From Albugo candida (Eukaryota), in NCBI GenBank assembly GCA_040437565.1, contig JBDOQK010000005.1, positions 1-64,000 of the forward strand: 64,000 bases of DNA, read 5' to 3'. A model generated the notes under the pieces. The model was not told where the DNA came from and did no database searches. It saw nothing but the letters and a program-made list of their open reading frames with translations. Position 1 is the first letter of the stretch; each line of letters opens with the position of its first letter. Of this stretch, positions 50,201 to 63,815 are shown in pieces. The position numbers were made by a program, and so were the translations under genes.

Positions 50201-50717
50201 AAAGTCAAATTCGCCAGCTTGAAACTACCCATTCCAGCGAGTTAGAGGTCTCGTTCGTGTGTGTGACTCATGACTTTTGAGATACAGACGTCTGTGTAGA
50301 TGATTCGGATAGACTGTAATGAGTTGTTTGACTATATCGAGAGGCTTGTTGGAGCGTTGCAGCGACTCAGGAGGTGAAGAATCTGGTCTCTAGCATTTAT
50401 CGCCGGCTTACAATGTAACGTTGGCAGTGGAAAACTCGCAACTATCCCAAAAAATATTCTGACCGATGCCAACAAACTGCAGCACATCAAATCTTTGGTA
50501 CTAGGAGCCGTGAATGATCGATTGCTGCACAAAATGAACCTTTTCTCTTTGTCAGGTTCTATTGCACAAGCACTCGACACGAAAAAAATGCTGGCTCAAA
50601 GCAAATTCCAAGGGTAATAATGCTGAAAGGCCATGTTCTGCTCCAGTAAGACGCGTAAGGCCACCAGGATTTACGTCTTCATTGCGTGGGCGTGTGCGCG
50701 ACCAACTTGTTGATTGA
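47213..50717 (+). CDS. Kinesin motor protein with a coiled-coil tail, many short introns
   Basis: NVKVFVRARP, AYGQTGSGKT, SFLEIY, MNAVSSRSH, VDLAGSER, HINSSLSAVG, IPYRDSKLTRLLQ and STLQFANR. Confidence 0.93.
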
Positions 50718-50796
50718 AGAGACCCATGAAGGCTGACGACCACATTTTATGTCCTACTAAGAGTTGTGTGGATGATACCAAGGTCGACCTAAGCGA

Positions 50797-52447
50797 TTAA
50801 CTCTTTAAAATCGTCAACATATCTTCGACTGATGTGATTTTATCAAGTGCTTTGTGGCGTGCTTCTCCACGGCTTTTTTCTTCTCGAAATATCTCTTCCA
50901 CGTCTTTCCATGATACCACTCGATGGGAGGGAGTATGCTCCTGAATCAGTGACATTAGTGAGGATGAAGTTTCTTGAAGGATGATTGGGTATCTATTTTC
51001 TTTGACATCTTCAGAAATGGATGATACTGTTTCTCGAGCATCCACAATGTTAGTGCCAATGATACCAGAAGCACCGCGTTTCACCCATCCAGAGCAGTAC
51101 AGGCCTGGAACTGGAGTGTTTGTCTTGGTATCGACAATGCGACCTTCCGCATGCGATAACGTGCTCGTCTTGGGATTGTAAGGAACATCGCCGAGAGGGA
51201 GCGGAAGATAGCCGATACTGCGAACCAGCAACCCGCAATGTACCTCATTGAAGACGCTCGTTCCGGACGCTTTCTGAGAGAATGAGTTTCCGTGAAGCCT
51301 TGTCTTTTCAATCAGTAAACTACAGAGACTTTCAAGTATTCAGCGGATTGGAATGGAGCGATAGAGCGTACATACCGATTCGATCCGTCTGGCTTTTGTG
51401 AAACTCTCACAGGTGAGCAAAGGAACTTGATGTGAATTTGACGAGGTGCTTTGCTAGCTTCGTCAAAGTTGGATGCAATTTTATCTACATAGAATGGCTA
51501 TATCAGCTGTATACATTTGGCAGCGCGTAGACAATAGTACACATAAGATCGATAATTCTCTTCTTCGCTCGATCTTTCGCGATCTCCTCTTTAGAGCTAT
51601 CTGTCATGCTTTCATCAAGATCCGCTGGATCAATGACACAGGAAACATCAGAGACTTTAGATAGCTCGCGTAATTCCTTGATAGTGAAAGCGGCTTGAGC
51701 AGCGCCACGTCGACCGACTATGTACACTTTATCTATTTGACTGAGTCGCAAGGCTTCCATAGCATGACTTGAGATATCTGTTCTTGCAAGTTCATCCAAA
51801 GGTTTCATAAGAATTCGAGCACAATCCAGTGCGACATTTCCTTGACCAATGATAACTGCTTGCTTTGTATCGAGATTTGGCCTCAGGTCTCGAAAGCTTG
51901 GGTGTCCATTATACCATCCAACAAATGATCTTGCTGAGAATACATTTGATACTTTATCCTCTCCAGGAATGCCCAGCTTTCTATCACCCTCAGCGCCGTA
52001 CGCTAATACGATGATGTTGTACAGCGACTGCAGCTGTGGAATGTAAATATCTTTTCCAACTCGTACGTTCCCATAGAATGTAAATCGGTCGTCGTCAACA
52101 ACATGCTCAAAATCATGAATCACCGATTTGATCTCGGGATGATCGGGAGCCACGCCGTAGCGCACCAGTCCTACTCGGTTCATACACGAAGTTATAACGA
52201 CTCAATGATACGGTGCAAATAACGCACCATAAGGCACTGGAAGAGCCTCAATCATATCCAGTGAAATACTGTTCAGTGCTTTCAGCAAATATTTCGACGT
52301 GTAGAATCCTGCAGGACCTGATCCCACAACACACACACGAATTGCACGATCACTATCTATAGAAGATATTTTTCGATTGAAAAGAACTGAAGTTTGCCGT
52401 ACGCGTCGTGCGTAAAGAGTGCGATGAATAAATCCATGGAGCCGCAT
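50797..52447 (-). CDS. FDXR: NADPH:adrenodoxin oxidoreductase (mitochondrial ferredoxin reductase)
   Basis: VVGSGPAGFY, GLVRYGVAPDHPE, FVGWYNGHP, IGQGNVALDCAR, AAFTIKELRE and GWVKRGASGIIGTN. Confidence 0.95.
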
Positions 52448-52585
52448 GACGATTGTTATTGTAATTCTCTGAATGTTGCTGGTTAGATTTGTAGCTAATT
52501 GAGATCTCACTGAATCTTTTTTACATCCTCCGTACCTCACCTGCAAATCAGTTGTGCTGCCCCCTTTTTCGTACGCGGAGAAAGA

Positions 52586-55500
52586 ATGGCGAGTGCGTTG
52601 GAAATGGTGCCCGGGCTAAAATGCTACGTTCCGGACAACGATGATATTTGGCTGGAAGCCGAAATCGTAAAGGAAGAGAACGATGGAAAATCACGTAAGA
52701 TTTTTGCTAAAGTATTGCTGCCAGATGGAACGGCTGCAGATCGTGTCGTGGATCTCGAAGACAAAAAAATGAAGGCGATTCTTGCATCACAGCAACTGAC
52801 GTCCTTACCGTATCAAAATGAGATGCCAACTGCGTTCGGTGTGGAAGATATGATCACGCTGAATTACCTCCATGAACCAGCCATCTTGTTCAATATCAAG
52901 GCACGATTTCTCAAGAAGCTTCCTTATACATACACCGGAGATATCTGTATTGCTGTGAACCCGTACCAGTGGCTTCCTGAATTGTATGAAGAAGAACAGC
53001 ATTTACGTTATTTGAATCAGCCAAAAGAAGAGCTTCCACCGCATGTGTATGCGACCTCAGTTGCTGCTTATGACAATATGATGCGAAATAGAAAGAATCA
53101 ATCGATTTTGGTGAGTGGAGAATCAGGAGCAGGGAAGACAGAAACGACCAAGATTCTTATGAATCATCTGGCAACTATCGCTGGAGGACTGAATAATTCC
53201 ACTATCAAAAAGATTATTGAAGTCAATCCGCTTTTAGAGTCATTTGGGAATGCCAAAACAGTCAGAAATGATAACAGTAGTCGATTCGGTAAATTCACAC
53301 AGTTACAATTTGACAAGAAAGGAACACTGGTCGGGGCCAAGTGTCGAACGTATCTTCTCGAGAAGACAAGAGTTATACATCATGAAGCTCCGGAGAGAAA
53401 TTATCATATATTCTACCAGGTAAGCCCCTTCAGGATGACTATCACATTCTCTATTTATTGTTCCATTGTAGCTTTTAGAGTCTGGAGATATTGCTCAGCA
53501 ATTGGCTCTTGAATCGTCCAAAATTTATCGATATACAGGCAGCAATGATACCGCTAGTATCGAAGGCATTACGAATGCAAATCATTTTCTGAGAACGAAA
53601 AGCGCTTTGAGTCTTATCGGAATGGATGAACAGAGTCAAATCGTTCTATTTGAGGTCTTAGCAGGGATCTTACACTTGGGCCAAATTGATCTGATTTCAG
53701 ATCCAACTGATGATGAGAAATCTCTCATCACTAGCGAAGATGAAGGAGCAACCGCGACTACGAAGCTTCTTGGGGTTACATGGGAACAGCTAGAGACTGC
53801 ATTATGCTCTCGGACGATGAGAGCTGTCAATGACGTCTATAGCGTCCCACTTCGTAAAGACCAAGCCATGGATTGCCGTGACGCACTCGCCAAAGCCATC
53901 TACTCCAACATATTTGACTGGCTTGTGAAATCGATCAATCAGTCTCTCTCCAATGACGCGAATATGAACAACCACGTTGGCGTATTGGATATTTTTGGTT
54001 TCGAACATTTCAAACACAATTCTTTCGAACAATTTTGTATCAATTACGCAAATGAAAAATTGCAGCAGAAATTCACGCAGGATGTCTTTAAAACCGTTCA
54101 GATTGAATATGAAGAAGAAGGGATTGTATGGGATCACATCGAGTACGTTGACAATCAGGACGTGTTGACAGTCATAGAAGAGAAAATGGGTATTATATCT
54201 CTCTTGAATGAAGAATTAATGCGTCCAAAGGGTAATGAAGAATCCTTCATGTCCAAGGTCGTATCCCTACACAAAGAGGACATGAGTCATGTGATTGAGT
54301 TCCCGCGAACATCACGCACACAATTTCTAATCCGACATTATGCGGCTCCCGTTCTCTACGAATCGGTTGGGTTTCTCGAAAAACATAAGGACGCCTTGCT
54401 CCCTGACTTATCCGAGCTCATGCGTGGTTCCTCGAAACCATTTCTATGTGAGCTATTCAAACCAATTGAAAGTGATAAATCAGCTCAGTCAGGTCGTAAA
54501 CGTGGCGGAGGAGCCTTGACACTGACTACGGTTGGAACACAATTCAAAGAAAGCCTCAAAGAGCTCATGACAACGATCCAGTCGACCAATGTGCATTATG
54601 TGAGGTGTATAAAGCCCAATGCGATTAAAAGCTCAACAACTTTGAATCATGAAATGGTTGTTTCTCAGTTGAGATGTGCAGGAGTCATTGAAGCCATTCG
54701 TATATCTCGTGCAGCGTATCCGAATCGTCTTCAGCATGAAGATATTCTTGACAAATTCTGGCTGTTTGTTCCTGAAGGAGGAAATACCGCAAAGGAGCGA
54801 TGCAGTCTTTTAATGAAACATCTCGAACTCCGTACACCTGAGCAGTATCAAATGGGAAAGAGTAGAGTTTACTTCCAACTCGGCGTACTCGAAGAATTGG
54901 AAGATAGGCGTAAGAAATTTCTCGACCAGAAGGCCATCAAACTTCAAGCAATTATGAAGTGCTTTACGCAACGATTAAAGTATCTCCGCCAATTAGAAGC
55001 AATTGTGAAGCTCCAAGTACGTTTGAAATTCGAATCCGAGTGGTGGGGCTTCATTTCATTCTCGCGTTTTTGTAGTCTGTGATTCGATGTGTCATTGCTA
55101 TGAGGCGTTATACGATCGTTCTTCGAGGCTTTACTCGTCTCCAAGCTCGATGGCGAGGTATCCAAGCGCGCAGACTTGCGACTATGATGATGCGAGATAA
55201 ACGAGCGATTGCAATTCAGCGAAATGTTCGAGGCTACTCCAAACGGTACTCCTATAAGTGTGCTCGAATGTCGTTTGCTGACGCTGTTACATGTCTACAG
55301 ACGACAGTATCGTTTGCAGCGGAAGAATGCAATTCGCTTGCAATCCTGGACACGTATGAAACTACAGCATTCAAAGTATCTTGTGGCCTTGAAGGAGCAG
55401 AAATTACAAGCGGATATGGTGTATCAGGTAAAGCTTCTCAAAGAGCGATTAATGGAAGAACAACAGCGGAATGCTAAATTGGAACAAGAGAAGGAGGAGA

Positions 55501-56612
55501 AGAGTTTGATTGCCGCAGCTGTAGTAACTCAAACGACAGATGTGAAGCATATCGACCAAGCTCGCGCAGAAACGTCGAATGAAGTGATGGCGGATGCTGG
55601 CGGTATGATCGAAGTCTTACAAGGCGAAAATCTCAAACTTCGGAAAGAAAAAGAGGAAATGAAAAACAAAATCTCATCTTTGAAATCAAAACTCGACAAA
55701 GAAAAAAGCGAAAAAGAAATGTCGTCTGCTGGGTATCACGTCAAATTTCGTCAACTTGAGGACAGCGTACGTTTATGCATCGCATTGCTTGTATTCCGTC
55801 ATGTTGCATGTCCGCTGTAGGCCCGCGAGAAGGACAAACGAATTGAGCAATTGGAAGGCGATAACGTTAAATTGAAGGATCAAGTCGCTGATTTGATGAA
55901 GAAAGCTGGCCTGAATAAGAATGATGCGTCCATACAAAAACGGTCCTTGTTCCGGACACTTGGCTCCAAAAAAGACGACAAAAAATCAGAAATTTTGTAT
56001 AATTCGCTCACTGGAACAAATGATATCGATGAAAAAGATTCAGACGCACGCAATGGTGAACGTACGTTTCCCAAATTACCGACTATGAAGATGACGAAAA
56101 AGTTCTGGGGTGGTTCTGCTAAAATGAAAGCTGAGGACGAATTTCATAATTCCAGTAATGATGACAGTCCACGATCCACAGCAGCATCGAGTCAAAATGA
56201 CTCGGCCGTCGGTCGTCAGACAATTGTGAAGAGTATGGAGGTGATGTCGACATTGAAGGGCCGAATGACGGCCATGTACAATGCGAACACGCGTCGCTCC
56301 TCGATAACTGACGACATGCAGCCGGTCACTACAAATGGAACAAATGCATCAGTCCCTGGAAACGGCACAAAGGACAAAATGAGTCGTTTAAAACCGGAAA
56401 GAAAAGCTCACGAATCATTCAATTTGGATGCTCTGCCTGAACAACCGCTTCCTATCGGATGGGAAGCGAAATTGTCACGTTCAAGCGGTCGTGTGTATTA
56501 TGTGAATCGCAAGCTTGGGAAATCTCAATTCGAGCGACCGACAATTGCATCGCTTAAGGCACAAAGGCTGGCACGTCAGAAAACAGCAATGGAGCAAGAA
56601 ACCACTGATTAA
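52586..56612 (+). CDS. Myosin heavy chain with IQ motifs, coiled coil and a C-terminal WW domain
   Basis: [32 protein letters not shown]-like repeats and [31 protein letters not shown]. Four predicted introns. Confidence 0.96.
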
Positions 56613-56725
56613 TACATATTGAACCAAATTGAATGGAATTTCGTAATAGATATCAAATTAAAAAGCATACTTTCAACTCTTTACTCCATTCGATTTGCTA
56701 CTCCGCAATCCCAATCTCCACGTAT

Positions 56726-58463
56726 TCATTCAAGACCCGACATGCAAATAAACTTTGTTTCCAGGTACTCTTCCTACAAAAACAAGCGTGCATAAGCCAG
56801 AATCAGAGAAAAGGCTATACATTAGGCGTACCAGTCCGAGAGTAGAGCCTTCACGGCCGAGACCAGACTGCTTGACTCCTCCGAATGGAGCCTGCACATT
56901 TGAAATGAGACCTGTATTCACGCCGACCATACCGCATTCCAATGACTTGGCTACTCTCCACACACGTTTGAGATTCTGTGAGTAAAAGTATCCCGCCAGC
57001 CCGAATTCGGTCGAGTTGGCCATTTCAACAACTTGTTCTTCAGTTTTGAATTTGAATAAAGGTACGACAGGGCCAAATATCTCCTCGGAGGCAATACGCA
57101 TATCCGCAGTCAAATTCTCAATAACTGTCGGATGATAATAATTCGAACCAAATGAGGCGGCCACACTGCCTCCAGTAAGTACTTTTGCGCCTTTGGAAAG
57201 CGCATCGCTCACCAGTTCAGAAGTTTTCTTCAAAGCAGCGGAACTGATCAATGGCCCCAGCTTCACGCTAGAATCAAGGGGATTTCCCATTTTCAGTTTG
57301 ATAACTTGCTCGATGAGTTTTTGTGCAAACGTGTCATACACATCTTCCTGTACGAAGACGCGATTGCTGCATACACATGTCTGCCCTGTGTTTCGGAACT
57401 TTGACTGAACGAGACCTTCGATGGCTTGATCAAGGTCAGCATCCTCAAAAACAATAAATGGAGCATTTCCACCAAGCTCTAATGACAGTCGTTTGACATT
57501 AGACGCTGATTGCTGCATGAGTAATTTCCCGACTCGGGTCGATCCGGTGAAAGAAAGCTTTCTAATATCATCGTGTGTGGCCAGAATACTTCCAACCTCG
57601 GATGCATTGTCGTGCGATGTTGGTAGAATGTTGATTACTCCGGGTGGAATCCCGACATCATTAGCCAGTTTTGCTAGAGCCATTGCTGAAAGAGGTGTTT
57701 CAGCTGCTGGCTTTACAATAACACAGCAACCAGCAGCCAAGCCCGGGCCTATTTTTCGTGTAATCATTGCGAGTGGGAAGTTCCATGGAGTGATAATTGC
57801 ACAAATGCCGACGGGTTCTTTAACGACCAGCATCTGCTGACCCGTGAGCGTTGGTGGTACTACAAATCCGGCCGATCGCATACATTCATGCGCATAAAAC
57901 TCAATAAATCCAGCAGCATAGGCGACCTCTCCTTTGGATTCTTCGATGGGTTTGCCACATTCCATCGCGCAAATTGTCGCGAGATCGTTTGCGTTCTCTT
58001 TGATGGCTGTAAACCATTTCTTCAGCAACTTTGATCGGATCTACGACAGAAATTAGTAGCAGCTGATTCTTTATACTATTTGAGACTTACAGTTGGCAAA
58101 GTCTTTTTCCATGTCTCTTGAGCTGCTTTGGCTGCCTGTATAGCGGCTTCCACTTCTTTTTTCCGTGAGGACGTCACACTCGCAATTTCTTTAGTGGTCG
58201 CCGGATCTGATGACGCAGAATCACCGTCAGATTTCGACTATTATTTCGAATTATTTCTGACCGATAACAGCGAAGGAGTTGTCACTCGAAATCCAATGGC
58301 CATTTATAAATGCCTTTGTTTGCAGCAATTGCTGATTTTCTAATCGTTGCCAATGCATTGTGGAGAAAGCACGTTTGCGGAGAGATGTACGATAAACCAA
58401 GTGCCTGATCTAAGAGACAATACAAAGAATCATTCCAAGAGCGGAGAAATTCGAACAAACCAT
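56726..58463 (-). CDS. SSADH: Succinate-semialdehyde dehydrogenase (ALDH5 family)
   Basis: ITPWNFPLAMITRK, SFTGST, LELGGNAP, FRNTGQTCVC, EEIFGP and PFGGVKQSGLGREGS; basic mitochondrial-type N-terminus. Confidence 0.93.
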
Positions 58464-58581
58464 TTTCGGCTTGGAAAGCGTGTTGCAGGAATGTAAGATT
58501 AGAATAAGTTATCTCTTAGCCGATTTGTGTCATTTTGTCGCAGTGATCAAATGGTGCAAATAGTTTGATACTGTTTCATAG

Positions 58582-60032
58582 TTATGCTAATAAGGAGTCG
58601 AAATCAGGCGTGACAATCAGATGACGCGCGACAGAGCCTAAAATGAATAACTGATTTGATTCTGGATCAATGGAGTAGACGTCCTCGCAGAAAGTTGGCG
58701 TCTGCGCCATAGACACATCGAAAGCTTTATCGTCCAGCATCAAAACTGTCCTCCCTGATTTTCGTATACAGAGCTATTGAATTTGATGAGAATAAGACAC
58801 ATTTGAAGCAGTAAAATAGTGAGATATCAAACCTTTCCAATGTATCCGCCAGGAGCTCGATGTAAAGATTGGTCAAACGGCAAGCTCTCATCTCTGAAGA
58901 GTAGAACGTTGGTAAGTGATTTGGATGGAAAAAGTAAAAGTACGTTTGTGGTTCTGTGCGTTTTTCCATTGGCTCCTTTTTTTTATCAGCCTTTGCAGCT
59001 GAGCTCGACGACTCGATTTTAAATGGATTTCCTGCTTCATCCATTTTCTCCTCGCTTTCTACGACTTCTTTTTTAACATTAGCGACCCGCTTCGCTTTAG
59101 CCAGTGGAAGTGTTGTTGGGAGCTGAAAGAAAATTATTGAGTCGTCCATCAACGGCTGTGTGTCTTCACTCTATCATTTAGCCCGCCGTATGAGAAATGA
59201 ATGAAAATCGTAGTTTCTGCATATACCGAATGCGAGAAAAGTTCTCCCACGTTTTGAGGCTCAGGCCCACGTCCAAATGGAAGTATCATTGGCTCTAAAG
59301 GAGATTTTACTACAGGAGGCCACTACCATAATGGATCGAGGTTTAATGAGCTACATGATTACCAAAGATTGAAAACACCTGTATTTGCGTAGGTTCTTGC
59401 TCGTCGGCAGCTCGTTCAGACTCGATCCTGTCATCCAATACACTGATACCGAATCCATCAGCGGCGGCAACAGCCGCTCTTTGACTTGGCGCTGAGCTCC
59501 CCCCACTATCAAAGGAGGATCCACCAGCAAGCGTCCCAACAAATGCGACCTTTGCAAATGCTTTAGAAAGAACTCATTTTCCCGTAAAAAGCTTACTTTT
59601 CCTGTTGGGAGGTTTCCACGTCCACGATTAGAGGTACGACCACCACGTCCCTTATCTCCTATGTCTCCTCTTCCACGGACTCGATGGGACAAAGATGGAA
59701 GGAGACCAACACGCGGAGGTCTTCGCTCAGTACTTTGCCGACTTGTGACACTCTCATTCTCAGTTTTGACAACAGGCGGAGCAGTCCGCCGAGGAGCAGC
59801 TCTTGGTGTAAACTGTACACATTAAAGAAGCATTCAGTAACAATACAATTTGGTAGACGAGAAGCACACTCGTGGTCTCCTGTTGCCGCCGCTATTGGCA
59901 TCTCCTGTACGGTTTCCTGGCGCTCGTAAGGTTCTAGCAGCTGTGGTTAGTTATTTGCATTGTTTGTACTCCAACGTACGTTAGTCGCGTCTGCGCCACA
60001 TTTTTCCTATCATTTGTGCTGCCACCACTCAT
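58582..60032 (-). CDS. RPC4: RNA polymerase III subunit RPC4 (C53), multi-exon
   Basis: N-terminal RLTTLR..RFTPR, then FFQLPTTLP, IRKSGRTVL and C-terminal LGSVARHLIVTPDFDSLL. Confidence 0.8.
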
Positions 60033-60091
60033 TTAATAGATTTTACTCTTAGAATTAATAAGACGTGCATACTATTGACATTTATATTGTG

Positions 60092-60333
60092 ATGGATCAG
60101 TCTAAAATCAAAGCGTACGAGGATCTGTCATCGAAAATGGTGGAATTACATGGCGCAGTGGCAGGAATGACACAACACATTGAGAATACAGCACAAGTGA
60201 ATGCAACAGTCACCGACTTGGCAAGTGTATTTCTTCAAGTGTACGTATTCGTTTCTGTTTTCTAGCAAACACTTGAAAATGTAATTGCTTTATTCCTAGA
60301 TTTAAAAACGCCGAGAGTAATAAGAAAACCTAA
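60092..60333 (+). CDS. Tiny helical protein (60 aa, two exons), DASH/Dam1 subunit Hsk3-like
   Basis: MDQSKIKAYEDLSSKMVELHGAVAGMTQHIENTAQVNATVTDLASVFLQV|FKNAESNKKT, with a GT-AG intron at 60241-60299. Confidence 0.5.
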
Positions 60334-60535
60334 ATGTTTGAAGTGTCCAGATTTTCCTGTTTGTGTTTGTCATCTGCTTGACGTCTACCTGATTGGATAA
60401 TTAATGCAGAGGACACATTACAAATTTTCTGAGCTCTTTCGGGTGGTATAGAACCGGTATAGAAACCCCTTCCGAACATTAGCTGACCGGACATAAAAAT
60501 CTATCAAACGATTGCTTTCACGCGTCATTTTCCAA

Positions 60536-61572
60536 ATGCCTTGCTTTATCCTCGAGTGTGATACAACTCATGAAGTCTCACGGTTTGCGGTCGCATTAGT
60601 TGGAGTTTATTCTTACCACTACATTTGGGACACTTTTGTTATAACACCATTTGTGCATCGACTGGATCGAGCGCGATATCTGAATAAAGGCACTGTCGAT
60701 AAAATGCGGGAAGCGATCTGGAAGAATGTAGCTGTTGGCACTTTATTCATTTTTGGATTGTATACTGCAGGAAAACAGTCTTGGTTTATGAACTCCGATG
60801 AGTATTTCACCGATTGGCCAAAAAATGTACCCGATGTCGTCCGCTGGTATTACATGTTCTACTTTGCGTACTGGTTGCAAAGTCTCGATTTCTTGCTCAA
60901 CTTTACAAATCGTCATTATGCGGTGAAACGCAAAGATAATGTGGAAATGGTCTTACATCACTTGACGACTCTCATATTGATGCTCACATCGTACGCACTC
61001 GACTTTATTACCGTTGGAGTTTGTGTGCTAATGCTACATGATGTCAGCGATCTTCTTTTAGAAACAGGTACGAATGATTGCTTTGCGTGTGCATATATGA
61101 TTGCTGAGTCATTGTATTCGTAGCCAAACTGTTTGTATACACTCAGAAAGAATTACTGTCCAACATTTTTTTTGGCGCATTTGCTTTGTCGTGGTACATC
61201 CTTCGGTGGGGATTCTATCCGTACAGCTTTCTGTACAGTGCGTACGGAAAAGGTTACGAGTCTATTGTGGGCAAAATGGAAGACGGAAAGTCGTATCATG
61301 GTGCGGATGCAGCTTTCTGGTATAACATGTGGGTAGGCTTTGTATGCTTTTTATCAATACTGCTGGTGCTGCACATTTATTGGGGTATTCTGATATTTCA
61401 AATGGTTATAAAGACTCTTAATGCCGGTGTTGTGGAGAAGGATATCCGAAGTGATTCGGAAGATGAACAGGAAGATTTGATCGACGAAATGACTCAACCG
61501 CTTAAATCAAAACCCATCGAGGCGGAGGGGTTGCGATCTCGTCGTGAAGCGAAGTCTGAGAATAAGATTTGA
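60536..61572 (+). CDS. LAG1: Ceramide synthase (LAG1/TLC domain)
   Basis: Lag1 motif RKDNVEMVLHHLTT..LMLHDVSD and the terminal DIRSDSED. One intron at ~61068-61123. Confidence 0.92.
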
Positions 61573-61638
61573 GAGTTAGAATTGCAGTATTGTTCATACA
61601 TACGCGCAGGATATCATTTCCCAAGACTTTTATAACCA

Positions 61639-63325
61639 ATGGCCTTTGATGCCTCGTCATCCAGGCGTCGAGTGACAAAGCACTTTACTAGTTCTAAAAT
61701 TCGCTCTTTGTCTTTTTTAAACGACGTACTCCCGATTGAGACTGATTTCATCGAGAAATTTCGATTTGAATTTGCACCGAGAGCCACACAGCTTNNNNNN
61801 NNNNNNNNNNNNNNNNNNNNNNNNNNNNNNNNNNNNNNNNNNNNNNNNNNNNNNNNNNNNNNNNNNNNNNNNNNNNNNNNNNNNNNNNNNNNNNCTCCCG
61901 ATTGAGACTGATTTCATCGAGAAATTTCGATTTGAATTTGCACCGAGAGCCACACAGCTTCCGTTAATTGCAACGGGATCCTGCGATCAAGGCACTCAAA
62001 ATGAAATTGCTATACACTCATTAGTGACAAATTTGGGTCATGAAAACGAGATCGATTCCTCATGCGAGTACGTAGAAGAGATTTGAATGACTCCGTTTAA
62101 TATTTATGTGGATACAGCCAGATGGAAGATGATATACAGCTATTTGAAGTTGCTTCATGCGCTCATGCAGGAGACGTTAACGCTCTCCGCTTCATTGTGT
62201 CGCAAAATACTCACGCAATTCTGAGTGCTTCCTCAGAAGGAAGTGTTAATTTGTTTCGATTGAGTGATATCAGACGGCAAAATGATGACCAGAGACTGAA
62301 AAAGACTGTAAGAGGACTCGTTGAATTTGTAGTGATGACGTACAAAATTTGGATTATACTCTTAGCCAATGTTGCAATGGGAATGCATCTTTGAGAATGC
62401 GATCACTTGCTTGGATGCAAGTATCCATAGTTCATGTGCTGTCATCGGAAGTGAAACGGGTCAACTCGCTTGGATCCAACTCGATAATTCAACGTCCACC
62501 ACCAAGATCGGTGAGCATTGTAATCTGACGATGTGCATTACTTCTCCAAAAGGTTGTTTTTGCAGAGAATAGTCACGCAACTTTTCTACCGATTTTCGAC
62601 CTGAAAATGCTGCAATGTGACAACGTCGTCGCCACTGTCGGGTTCGTTCATCCTCATGACTCCCAGTAGCATCATCGCTTACATTCAAATACCAGCGCTT
62701 CACCCGATCAACAGCTGCAAATTTGGGACATTAAAGCGAACAGAAATTCCGCAATCGCATCAGCGAGGTAAGTATCTCTTCTAAAAAGGTTTATTACAGG
62801 TCTCAATTCTGTTTGCCCGGAAAGAAATCCTGGAGAATCAAGTTTGATTTCATTGGAATTGCATCCCACACGACCAGAATTTCTGCTGACAGGCTCATCT
62901 GACGGGTGTATCAGCTTTTGGGATCAGCGGCATCTATCCGCTCCCTTTTACGTCGATGCAAAAAAGCATATAAAAGCAGGTATTAACAAATTGGTACTCA
63001 GCAGAGTTTATGACTAATGAGTGATTTTACAGTAAACGCTCTTCGTATCCATCCAGAATCTCCTCAGCACTTTTTCTCTGCTGGTGACGACAGTGGTCTT
63101 TTACACTGGGAAGTAGAATACGATCAATTCGATGCAAATGTAATGAGCACTGGCGAGCAGATGCACCCGAAAACGAATATGACCGGAGTCATTGAAGTTA
63201 CTCGCAGTTTCCTTCCGTGGACATCAATTGACATTCATTCCGAGTCTGATACACTGATAGCTGGCTCGGAAGCGCAGTCGATTACAGTTGTGTGGGATTG
63301 TTGCAGCAGGGATCATAATATCTGA
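61639..63325 (+). CDS. NUP43: WD40 nucleoporin Nup43-like protein (spans a gap with a duplicated flank)
   Basis: FTSSKIRSL, IATGSCDQ..NEI, HAGDVNALRF..SASSEGSV, HPTRPEFLLTGSSDG..FWDQR and HPESPQHFFSAGDDSGLLHW. Confidence 0.75.
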
Positions 63326-63815
63326 TAATTATCAGCTCTGAGTCTGAGATATAATCATGAAAGGTTGTATAACCTCTTAATTTACATATCCTTTATGAGA
63401 TAAATGTTCATTCCATGGACTAAATATAGCTGACTTCGATATCGTATTGGGAGAGACAAAGTCGACCTATTTTTCTTTTATAAGCTACTTTAGTGTTCCA
63501 CAAAGAAAAAATATTTCNNNNNNNNNNNNNNNNNNNNNNNNNNNNNNNNNNNNNNNNNNNNNNNNNNNNNNNNNNNNNNNNNNNNNNNNNNNNNNNNNNN
63601 NNNNNNNNNNNNNNNNNCCACAAAGAAAAAATATTTCTACAAAGAAGTGCTCTCACTTCCTTATTTGCACCGTTTGTCCCTCGGCAACTTTACCACTTTG
63701 TTGAGCGTATAGTAGAGAAGTTACTTGTACAGACAGAATGGGATGTTCACGTCATGGAACGCAAATCCATAAAAGGGCAGTAAATACGTACAGCAACCTT
63801 CTTGAAGAAGAAATT

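Noticed and set aside
22178..52447. Fe-S/redox gene cluster (ferredoxin-like, NDOR1, FDXR)
   Set aside because: The genes are separated by unrelated genes and ~20 kb of TEs and act in different pathways. Without synteny evidence this is probably coincidence.
61731..61960. Internal duplication in the Nup43-like gene
   Set aside because: Identical sequence on both sides of an N gap; assembly artefact.
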